Of a stretch of 24,000 bases of DNA, positions 8,118-15,593 are shown piece by piece; the stretch's first letter is position 1, and each line of letters begins with the position of its first letter. The stretch is from positions 65,623-89,622 of the forward strand of contig JALGVJ010000003.1 of NCBI GenBank assembly GCA_029838195.1. The letters run 5' to 3'. The translations under genes and the position numbers were made by a program. The notes under the pieces are model-generated. The model did no database searches. It saw only the letters and a program-made list of their open reading frames with translations, and had not been told where the DNA came from. This DNA comes from Promethearchaeota archaeon (GTDB lineage: Archaea > Asgardarchaeota > Lokiarchaeia > Sigyniarchaeales > SOKP01).

Positions 8118-9527
8118 TTGGAAAATGATAACTTGAAAATTGATAATTTCGAGATTACTCATTCAAAATTACACATGGTATCATATGGATTTGGAGCTAC
8201 CATCAATCAATTTTTTCAAATGGCCTTCTCTGCTCTGGGATTTTATTTTTATGAAGTAGAAATAGGATTAAATGTTTGGCTTACCAGTTTGGGGTATATA
8301 ATCTTTGCAATATGGAATGCCATCAATGATCCTCTTAGTGGGTACCTAACAGACCGTCCATTTAAATTTACTCAAAAATGGGGTCGCAGATTTCCTTGGA
8401 TGCTCATCGGAGGCATTCCTTGGCTCTTTAGCTATATTTTAATTTTTTTCCCTCCTGATGTGGATCCTGATTCTGGAGCATTAATTCTTTTCATTTGGCT
8501 AGTTTTTACTACTTGCCTATTTGACACGTTCAATTCTTTATGGTGGGTAAATTTTTATTCATTATATCCCGACAAATTTCGCAGTGCGAGAGAAAGAAGA
8601 ATTGCTGCGGGTATCATCACTCCCGTTGGCATTTTAGGCGTCGCTTTAGGAGGCATTATCCCTCCCTTGCTGATATCATATGGTTCTAAGCAAACTTTTT
8701 TATATCAAGCGTTTGTTGTTGTAATGTTTAATGTAGTTTTTTTTTGTTTAGCCATTCCCGGCTGGAGAGATGATAAAGTAAATGTTGAGCGTTATTTAAA
8801 AAAATATAGAGAAAGTCAAAAAAATCAATCATTCGTGGAAGCCATAAAACTGTCCTTGAAACATAAAAACTTTAGAGTCTATATTATATTGAATATATTT
8901 TTTAGTGCCATGGGATTTTGTATACAAGCTTCAATTCCCTATGTCGTACGCTACGTGCTAGGCGCCAGTTCTAGTTCTCAAATAATTCTTCAAATAGCAT
9001 TTCTCACTGGTTCTTTGGTATCAACTCCCCTTTGGATAAAATTTGCGAATAAAGTGAATAATAATCGAAAGGTTTTGATTTTTTCGACTGTAATGATGAT
9101 TATTTTTACCTTTCCCCTTTCATTTTTTACTGGTTTAATTTCTCTTTTCATTACCTTATTTTTATGGGGGTTTGCCTATGGAGGGATGTGGAGTCTCATG
9201 CGCGCGTGCATTGCAGATGTTATTAATGAATCTATCGTGATTTCTGGAAAACGACAAGAAGGAGTCTATAATGGGATAATGCAATTTTTTAGTCGTTTTG
9301 CTTTAATTCTTCAAGCTCTTACTTTTGCGATTATACATGGTCTTACGAATTTTGATGAAGAGGCGCCTATTCAATCCTCTGAGGCAATATGGGGTATCCA
9401 GCTTCATTTTGGCATCATTCCCATGATTTACATGATTATTGGAATTGCAGTATTTTGGAAATGGTATACACTTACTCCTTCTAAATTAAATTATTGTGAA
9501 ATTAAAATAAGGGAAATGGGGCTCTAA
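8118..9527 (+). CDS. Glycoside-pentoside-hexuronide (GPH/MelB-like) cation symporter family transporter
   Basis: 469-aa polytopic ORF. NDPLSGYLTDRPFKFTQKWGRRFPWML matches the GPH signature D-x-x-G-x-x-x-D-R-x(5-6)-G-R-x-x-P-W. It has a TTG start preceded by AAGGGG. Confidence 0.8.
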   Translation: MENDNLKIDNFEITHSKLHMVSYGFGATINQFFQMAFSALGFYFYEVEIGLNVWLTSLGYIIFAIWNAINDPLSGYLTDRPFKFTQKWGRRFPWMLIGGIPWLFSYILIFFPPDVDPDSGALILFIWLVFTTCLFDTFNSLWWVNFYSLYPDKFRSARERRIAAGIITPVGILGVALGGIIPPLLISYGSKQTFLYQAFVVVMFNVVFFCLAIPGWRDDKVNVERYLKKYRESQKNQSFVEAIKLSLKHKNFRVYIILNIFFSAMGFCIQASIPYVVRYVLGASSSSQIILQIAFLTGSLVSTPLWIKFANKVNNNRKVLIFSTVMMIIFTFPLSFFTGLISLFITLFLWGFAYGGMWSLMRACIADVINESIVISGKRQEGVYNGIMQFFSRFALILQALTFAIIHGLTNFDEEAPIQSSEAIWGIQLHFGIIPMIYMIIGIAVFWKWYTLTPSKLNYCEIKIREMGL

Positions 9528-9621
9528 TTAAAGAACCAAGCTTCTTGTTTACATTATAAAGAGGCATGGATTTTTTTTCAAGTAAGAGACCATGTATTTT
9601 TAATATTTTTTTGTTCTTAGC

Positions 9622-9885
9622 TTAATTTTTGGGAGTTAAATCATGAAATAATAGTATAGCAAGAAAAGCAGAAAAATAAAGAATTAGAGGGATTGAAGCC
9701 ATTAAAATTAGTATTTCAAAGAGTGCGAAGGGTGCTTGAGTAGGGGTTCCGGATTGATAATGCGTCAGCTCATGAATGAAGGCAATTATTGTTGATGTTC
9801 GAATCCGCATGATGCTCACGTCCCTCTTTTTTATGAAATAGAAAAGCATTAAAAGAAGGAAATAAAAGATCAAACAAACAAACAA
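9622..9885 (-). CDS. questionable small hydrophobic ORF with an HELTH (HExxH) motif; its 5' end lies inside repeat copy B
   Basis: 87-aa ORF MFVCLIFYF...IMRIRTSTIIAFIHELTHYQSG...; the alternative start is the in-frame ATG (codon 13, 9849-9847) giving MLFYF. It has two hydrophobic segments. The homologous frame in copy A stops after ...IMRIRTSTIIACPNT. Confidence 0.25.
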   Translation of the reverse strand: MFVCLIFYFLLLMLFYFIKKRDVSIMRIRTSTIIAFIHELTHYQSGTPTQAPFALFEILILMASIPLILYFSAFLAILLFHDLTPKN

Positions 9886-9919
9886 TAAAAAAACACAAAA
9901 CTTAAGTTGTTTAATTTAA
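9782..9919. repeat. Direct repeat copy B (~138 bp), paired with 4680-4816
   Basis: Same alignment as copy A, at an offset of 5102 bp and in the same orientation. It ends in the perfect 10-bp palindrome AACTTAAGTT (9899-9908). Confidence 0.85.
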
Positions 9920-9960
9920 AAAGGGTTCTTTAATGTAGATAGTGAATTTCACGTTTCAGT

Positions 9961-10563
9961 TTAACGCTTCTTTAATCTTTCAGCAATCAATTCGAGATAT
10001 GATTTTCGAATGGATTGGTGTTCTTTAATCCCAAATTGAGCTAAGAAATTAAAAAGCATGGTACGTGCTTTTTCTAATTCTTGTTCGTTTTCCACTAACA
10101 TTTCAACTTCAATAAAATGTTCCTTTAAAATTGGAATATAATCAATTAAAACCTCAATTTTTTCTCCGTTAAAAATGAATTCATAGAATTCTCGTTCTTT
10201 TTTTACCGTGAAAATCTCTCGAAAACCTAATGATTTAAGAATGGTTTTCATGATTTCTCCATCTTGTACTTGGGTTTCCCATTCATTTCTTGTTTTGGTC
10301 GTAGAGTCTATTTTTCTTCCTTTGTAAGTAATGAAAAAATTAATTTTTGGGGTGCTTTTACCCTCATTAGAGGGATCAAATTCCATTGACTTGCGAATTC
10401 TTAGAGCCTCATCGGTTTTTCTAAAATCCCTTAGCTTTAAAGGCATGTTAAAATAAGTATCTTCATGATAAAGCGTGAGAACATGTTTGCCATGGAAATT
10501 CCGAAATTTATTTTTCATTTCTTCTGGATCTGAGATTTTCACTTTTATCTCTGCTTCAATCAA
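9961..10563 (-). CDS. CYTH-domain protein (triphosphate tunnel metalloenzyme / CyaB-like class IV adenylate cyclase family)
   Basis: 200-aa ORF. The N-terminal (M)IEAEIKVKI is the ExExK CYTH signature. Alternating charged beta-strand pattern (EALRIRK, ITYKGRK, KKEREFYEF, IEVEM). TTG start. Confidence 0.8.
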   Translation of the reverse strand: MIEAEIKVKISDPEEMKNKFRNFHGKHVLTLYHEDTYFNMPLKLRDFRKTDEALRIRKSMEFDPSNEGKSTPKINFFITYKGRKIDSTTKTRNEWETQVQDGEIMKTILKSLGFREIFTVKKEREFYEFIFNGEKIEVLIDYIPILKEHFIEVEMLVENEQELEKARTMLFNFLAQFGIKEHQSIRKSYLELIAERLKKR

Positions 10564-10681
10564 GGGGCATGTACTCTTATTTTAATTTTTTATAATAAGT
10601 ATGTAAGATTAATAAATATAAAAAATACTTTAGTTTCAAAAAACATTAGGATAAAGGGAAATTATCATTAATCTACGAGAG

Positions 10682-11617
10682 TTGGTTAAGAAATATGGGT
10701 ATTTAGAGTATATGATTAAAAGATACATCGATTTTTTAGGGGAGCATGATACTTTAAAATTACTTGAAGCTAATGAAACGCCTCTCACGCCATCCATCCG
10801 TGTAAATACCTTAAAAATAACACCAGAGCAATTAAAAACAAGACTGGAAAAAAAAGGGTTTCAATTGGAAAGGGTTGAATGGATATCCCATGCATTTAAA
10901 GTAAAAAAAGAAACCCTTAATTTAGGCTCTACTCATGAATATTTAAAGGGTTATTATTACATTCAAAATGTAACATCGATGCTTCCATCCTTAATTTTAA
11001 ATCCACGACCCAATCAACTCGTGATTGATATGGCGGCAGCGCCAGGAGGAAAAGGAACTCACCTTGCTCAATTAATGAATAATCAAGGAACTTTAATTTT
11101 GATAGATCGTAATAGAAAGAGAATTCTTTCCCTTGAAATGAATATTAGACGATTGGGAGTCACCAATGCCATGATTCTTCATCAAGATTCCATCCTATTA
11201 TCAAAATTAAATGTTATGGCTGATAAGATCTTACTGGATGCACCTTGTACGGGAGAAGGGTTAATTAGAATTGACAAAACTCGAAAAAAGAGTAAAAAAA
11301 TGAGTCATCTTAAAAAAATGAACACTATTCAGAAAACATTATTAAAAGAAGGGCTATCCTGCTTAAAGAAGGGAGGGCACTTAATATATAGCACGTGTTC
11401 CATTGCTCCCGAAGAAAATGAACTTGTCATTAATGCGATATTAAAAAATCAACCAAATTTTAAAATTGAAAAAATTTCCAAGCAATACGGGGTAGAAGGA
11501 TTGACAAGCGTCTATGGAGAAACACTTTTACCGGATTTAAAACATGCTCAACGTTTTTATCCCCATGTTCATGATACGATTGGTTTTTTTATTTGCTTAA
11601 TTAGGAGGAGGTCATGA
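10682..11617 (+). CDS. NOL1/NOP2/Sun-family RNA cytosine-C5 methyltransferase
   Basis: SAM-binding motif VIDMAAAPGGKGTHLA, motif IV ILLDAPCTGEG (catalytic Cys) and motif VI LIYSTCSIAPEENE. The start is uncertain: TTG at 10682 or ATG at 10712. Confidence 0.85.
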   Translation: MVKKYGYLEYMIKRYIDFLGEHDTLKLLEANETPLTPSIRVNTLKITPEQLKTRLEKKGFQLERVEWISHAFKVKKETLNLGSTHEYLKGYYYIQNVTSMLPSLILNPRPNQLVIDMAAAPGGKGTHLAQLMNNQGTLILIDRNRKRILSLEMNIRRLGVTNAMILHQDSILLSKLNVMADKILLDAPCTGEGLIRIDKTRKKSKKMSHLKKMNTIQKTLLKEGLSCLKKGGHLIYSTCSIAPEENELVINAILKNQPNFKIEKISKQYGVEGLTSVYGETLLPDLKHAQRFYPHVHDTIGFFICLIRRRS

Positions 11618-11645
11618 ACGAAAAATATTAAATTAAGGTCGCATT

Positions 11646-12233
11646 CTACTTTTCTCGTCGAATATAATAGCCTTTATCAATTAGATTTAAAGCCACGATT
11701 TCATCTTTATTCGCAACCATGAAAGATGCGTGATCTTTCTTTAAGCGTGCCATTGCTAACAATTCATCGTTTTCATTTAAGACCAAGGCTATTTTAGTTT
11801 TCATTTTGGAATATTGAAGTTCCAGAATCATGCCTTTTTTAATGGGATTCCCATATAAAATCGATTTTTCTCCGTTTTCGGTAACTATTATCTTGTTTAA
11901 ATGTCCGAATAGCTGACGCTGATACAAGAATTCCATTCCCTCTAAGCTCATGAAAAATTTACCCTTATTAATAAATCCAAAATAAATTCCGGAAGAAATT
12001 ATTTCGCTTTTTTTACGAAAATCTTCTACTTTGGCTACTAAATCATGCGGAACTAAATAAACTCGAGGGGAATTTTTCTCGGTTCTAAGAGGAGATAGAG
12101 AAAAATATATCTTATACCCAAGATTTGAAATCGTTGATACAATATCATCAATGATATTGGAACTGGAGGTATTTAGTATTTCTGCCTCAATTTTATTAAG
12201 AGGTCGAAAGGTGCTAGTCAAATACTCCACCAT
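11646..12233 (-). CDS. NIP7-like pre-PUA/PUA domain RNA-binding protein
   Basis: 195-aa ORF. The central GIYFGFINKGKFFMSLEGMEFL and the C-terminal PUA-like region, ending ...IVALNLIDKGYYIRREK, resemble archaeal Nip7 as I recall it (P. abyssi ...IKNLKDVGEFLRR). Not verified by search. Confidence 0.6.
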   Translation of the reverse strand: MVEYLTSTFRPLNKIEAEILNTSSSNIIDDIVSTISNLGYKIYFSLSPLRTEKNSPRVYLVPHDLVAKVEDFRKKSEIISSGIYFGFINKGKFFMSLEGMEFLYQRQLFGHLNKIIVTENGEKSILYGNPIKKGMILELQYSKMKTKIALVLNENDELLAMARLKKDHASFMVANKDEIVALNLIDKGYYIRREK

Positions 12234-12305
12234 GATTTAAAATTAAATACATGAATTTTTATATTAATACTACATGAAATAATAAAAAAATTTGAGATAT
12301 GAACC

Positions 12306-13022
12306 ATGGGCTTAAAAAAAATTGATGATGAAATTGATTTCAAAGAAGCCATGCGAAAAAAAGCTGCTGAGTTAAAAATAAAAGAGATTCAATCCAAAGC
12401 TAGAGTGGAAAATTTAACAAAAGAGCGGCTGGCTGAACTTGCTAAAAAGCATGGAGTCCTTCTTGCTCTTACCCCAGAATTGAAGGAGGAGGTTAAATAT
12501 CTACAAGAAAAATATAATATTCCTTCTTCAAGAATTATTACGGAACAACTTAAAGAAGAAGATGTCATTGGACGGTTTTCTCGCATTGATCATGAAAAAT
12601 TAGGAATGCTGGCCTATCAGAGAGTTTTATTGCGGAAAGAAGAAATAGGAGTTGGCCTCATTCCCATATCAGAAGTTTATGATTTGGTGAATACTGGCCC
12701 TCTAAAAGGGATCTTAGACATCAAGGATGTGATTAAAGCAATGAATACCTTAAAAAAGAATAAAGTAATCGAAGACGTGAAAAAATTGGAATCAGGAGTA
12801 ATCATGGTGCAATTCTTTCCAATTCAATACACGAGCGATGAAGTCAAGGTAATAGAATTAGCAAGAGAAAAAGGTTATTTATCTTTAGAAGAGGTATGTT
12901 CAACTTTAAACTGGTCGCAAGATAGGGCTTTACGGACGCTTCAATCATTGGAAAATAGTGGACTTGCGAAATTCAGAGACCACATTATAAAAGGAAAACA
13001 ATGGTATTTTCCCTCTATTTAG
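12306..13022 (+). CDS. ESCRT-II Vps22/Vps36-like protein (EAP30 family, tandem winged helix)
   Basis: 238-aa ORF. The C-terminal half GLIPISEVYDLVN...DVIKAMNTLKKNKVIEDVKKLESGVIMVQFFP...VIELAREKGYLSLEEVCSTLNWSQDRALRTLQSLENSGLAKFRD...QWYFPSI aligns well with SNF8/Vps22 (...DLIRAIKKLK...LAEKNGYVTVSEIKASLKWETERARQVLEHLLKEGLAW...YWLPAL, from memory). Confidence 0.8.
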   Translation: MGLKKIDDEIDFKEAMRKKAAELKIKEIQSKARVENLTKERLAELAKKHGVLLALTPELKEEVKYLQEKYNIPSSRIITEQLKEEDVIGRFSRIDHEKLGMLAYQRVLLRKEEIGVGLIPISEVYDLVNTGPLKGILDIKDVIKAMNTLKKNKVIEDVKKLESGVIMVQFFPIQYTSDEVKVIELAREKGYLSLEEVCSTLNWSQDRALRTLQSLENSGLAKFRDHIIKGKQWYFPSI

Positions 13023-13043
13023 TTTTTGAAAAGAGTCTTTTTC

Positions 13044-13931
13044 TTAATCAATTTCTATTTTTAAAGCTTGACGGCCACTCGCAAGCTTGATAATTACTGC
13101 TTTCTTGTTTTTTGCCAGCATTTTAAAGATTTCATTGATATCTTCTTGGGGAAGCGTGCTAAACTCCTTATTGGCTTCTCGAATTTCATGAATTAAAATG
13201 GGTTCTAGCTTTCCAAGTTCCAGCGCCCAATCGTAGATCTCCTCTGCCCAAGAATCGAGACTCTTCCAATATATTCGAACTTTATCTCTCTTTTTAGAAA
13301 GCCATTTTGCAAGATCCTGGTCAATTAACTCTTCAATAATCTCATCAATCGCTTGCTTTCTATTTTGAAATTTGGAAAATGGTTTTTCAGCATAAAGCTG
13401 TTTCAAATATAAAATATGAAGAACTGCGTATCTTGAATAATCAAATAATACCTTTGCCCATTCTTCTCGCCATGACTGATAATCATTGGGATTTTTCTTC
13501 TTGTTTGGAATGGAGTACATGAATTCATATCTCGGCTCTTCCAACCACGGATAATCTCTTTTTAAAAACTCATAGGGTTCTAATTCTTTTTCTATTAACC
13601 CGGTCTCTCCAATAATTTCTTTTTCTAATGCATTTAACTCAGATTCCACGAAATCCGTATGCGGTTCATAAGTCTTTTGATCCTCCAGAACTAACTGCCC
13701 GCTTAACACGTTTTCAATTTTCTTTAAACGCCCCTCAATTTCTTCATAGCCCCCTGAGCTGCTCTCTTTCGGAGAAATTTCATCTCGAGACTCCTGTTGC
13801 TTTAATAATTCTTTTTGCCTTTTAAGGGCTTTCAAGCGAGCAAGTTCTTCCCGCAATCGAGCAATTTCATTCTCAGTTTTTTCCCTTAAATCTTTAGAAA
13901 TTACCTTAATTTGTTTTTTTTGCCTTTCCAT
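13044..13931 (-). CDS. vps25: ESCRT-II Vps25-like protein with a ~120-aa N-terminal coiled-coil extension
   Basis: 295-aa ORF. Residues ~125-295 follow the Vps25 pattern: YPWLEEPRYEFMYSIPNKKKNPNDYQSWREEWAKVLFDYSRY, then FQNRKQAIDEIIEELIDQDLAKWLSKKRDKVRIYWKSLDSWAEEIYDWA, then a second winged helix ending AVIIKLASGRQALKIE. Residues 1-120 are heptad-rich (ARLREELARLKALKRQKELLKQQ). Confidence 0.75.
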   Translation of the reverse strand: MERQKKQIKVISKDLREKTENEIARLREELARLKALKRQKELLKQQESRDEISPKESSSGGYEEIEGRLKKIENVLSGQLVLEDQKTYEPHTDFVESELNALEKEIIGETGLIEKELEPYEFLKRDYPWLEEPRYEFMYSIPNKKKNPNDYQSWREEWAKVLFDYSRYAVLHILYLKQLYAEKPFSKFQNRKQAIDEIIEELIDQDLAKWLSKKRDKVRIYWKSLDSWAEEIYDWALELGKLEPILIHEIREANKEFSTLPQEDINEIFKMLAKNKKAVIIKLASGRQALKIEID

Positions 13932-13971
13932 TTTTCATTCCTTTTTTTAACATGATTTCTTTCAAATTCAG

Positions 13972-15189
13972 TTATTGCTCGCCAAACTCTTCAGCCCATT
14001 TTTCATATTCTTCTAAATCCTTCTTGGTGGTCATGGGCTTTACTTTTTTCATGGTGTTCAAGAAATCTTCTAAAACTAAATCCCTTACCTTAATTTCCTT
14101 ACTCGAATCTTCTAAAAGCCCTTTCATGTCTAATTCTCGAATGGGAATCATTATTACTTCTCTACACACGTTTGAAATATCTCGTCCGCTGTATCCCTCT
14201 GATCTGACGGCTAATTCTATAAAATCATCGTCAGTTAACGCCATGTTAACGCCAGCCGTATGAATTCTAAAAATAGCGGCTCTGGCTTCTAAATCAGGAA
14301 GAGGAACGTATACTTTTTTCTGAAATCTACTTAGCATGGCATTATCTATATCCCATGGACGATTAGTGGCCCCTAATGTCAACAACACTTTCTCCGCAGT
14401 CGATTTTACTCCTTGAATTTCACTAAGTAATTGGGTTTTTACCCTCCTCTCTCCCCCACTTTCGGATCCCGTACCTCTCTTGGTCGCAATAGAGTCAATC
14501 TCATCAATAAAAATCAAGCTAGGGGCTTTGATTTTCGCCACTCTAAATAGGGCACTTATTAATTTCTCACTCTCTCCTAACCACTTGCTTAATAAATCTG
14601 CAGATGACACGCTGAAAAAGGTCGCTTTACATTCCGTTGCTGCGGCTTTTGCTAACAGTGTTTTTCCACAACCGGGAGGACCAAATAATAAAATACCGGA
14701 CCATGGCTTTCTTGCACCGATAAATAATTCTGGTCGGATGATGGGCAATACGATGGCTTCTCGCAAATTTTGCTTCACGTTTTCTAACCCCGCAATATCA
14801 TTCCATCGGACGTTGGGTGATTCAGTGAGAATCGTACCAGAAATCATGTTAATGATTTCTTGCTGTTCCTCTGAATACATGCCCTCATCCGTAGCTAATT
14901 TATCATCTTCCGCCTTACCGGAAGCCGCCGCCGTACCGGAATGCCTGGCTTTCGGACCACTCAGTTTCATTTTAATCTGCTTGGCACGTTCCAAGTATTC
15001 TTGTATAGTAGCCTCACAACGCTTTCTCATGATGGGATTCTTATTATATTTGGTGAATTCTATGAGGATCTCGGCAGCACGGAAATATTTATTCATTGCT
15101 TCCCTATACTGTCCTTTTGCATCCAAAGCCACCGCTGCATTTGCCTCCTGCTTGGCATATAACAACAATCTAGAGTCAGAACTGCTCAT
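13972..15189 (-). CDS. vps4: Vps4-type AAA+ ATPase (N-terminal MIT domain + AAA cassette)
   Basis: 405-aa ORF with the MIT pattern AKQEANAAVALDAKGQYREAMNKYFRAAEILIEF...IQEYLERAKQIKMKL, Walker A GPPGCGKT and Walker B LIFIDEIDS. An SD-like GAGGGT lies upstream of the ATG. It sits 40 nt upstream of the Vps25-like gene on the same strand. Confidence 0.92.
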   Translation of the reverse strand: MSSSDSRLLLYAKQEANAAVALDAKGQYREAMNKYFRAAEILIEFTKYNKNPIMRKRCEATIQEYLERAKQIKMKLSGPKARHSGTAAASGKAEDDKLATDEGMYSEEQQEIINMISGTILTESPNVRWNDIAGLENVKQNLREAIVLPIIRPELFIGARKPWSGILLFGPPGCGKTLLAKAAATECKATFFSVSSADLLSKWLGESEKLISALFRVAKIKAPSLIFIDEIDSIATKRGTGSESGGERRVKTQLLSEIQGVKSTAEKVLLTLGATNRPWDIDNAMLSRFQKKVYVPLPDLEARAAIFRIHTAGVNMALTDDDFIELAVRSEGYSGRDISNVCREVIMIPIRELDMKGLLEDSSKEIKVRDLVLEDFLNTMKKVKPMTTKKDLEEYEKWAEEFGEQ

Positions 15190-15593
15190 TTTTAACCCTC
15201 AATTTGATTTTTTCCATTCCATACTTCTACTTATTTTAAATAAGAAAATCTTGATATTTATACCTATTTTTTGAAATATTCATGTCAAGAAAGTTATACT
15301 TTACTAAGATCAAACTCTATTTCAAATTTATCTCCCCAAAACCCTCCTTTCTCACATGAAAATCGGACTCATTAAAATTAAATATCTTAAATTTCTTCTT
15401 TTCTATAAATATATTTTAATAAAATACTTTATATTTTTAATAGAGTCATGAAATATTTTTTACACGTGCATATTAAAAATAACCTTTACAATAATGGTGA
15501 TGAGATATAGGATTTTTAAAAGATTTAAGCAATTGGCTCTCTGGAGGTAGAGGAAAAACCGATTCCGTCCGTTCCGCCGCCATCAAGTTAAAA

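Noticed and set aside
14480-15274. 264-aa plus-strand ORF, together with 14941-15162 and 13952-14263, lying antisense to vps4
   Set aside because: These ORFs are fully nested antisense to a gene with unambiguous MIT, Walker A and Walker B motifs. Their translations are low-complexity (Ser/Leu/Phe/Ile-rich) with no recognisable motif, which is typical of shadow ORFs.
15494-15550. Programmed +1 frameshift joining the ATG at 15494 (MVMRYRIF...) to the ESCRT-III frame across the ATTTTTAAAAG run
   Set aside because: This is possible in principle, but no known +1 shift signal is evident. The ATA start preceded by GGTGA, or a simple base-call or mutation event, is more parsimonious. It is retained only as an alternative within the start-codon finding.
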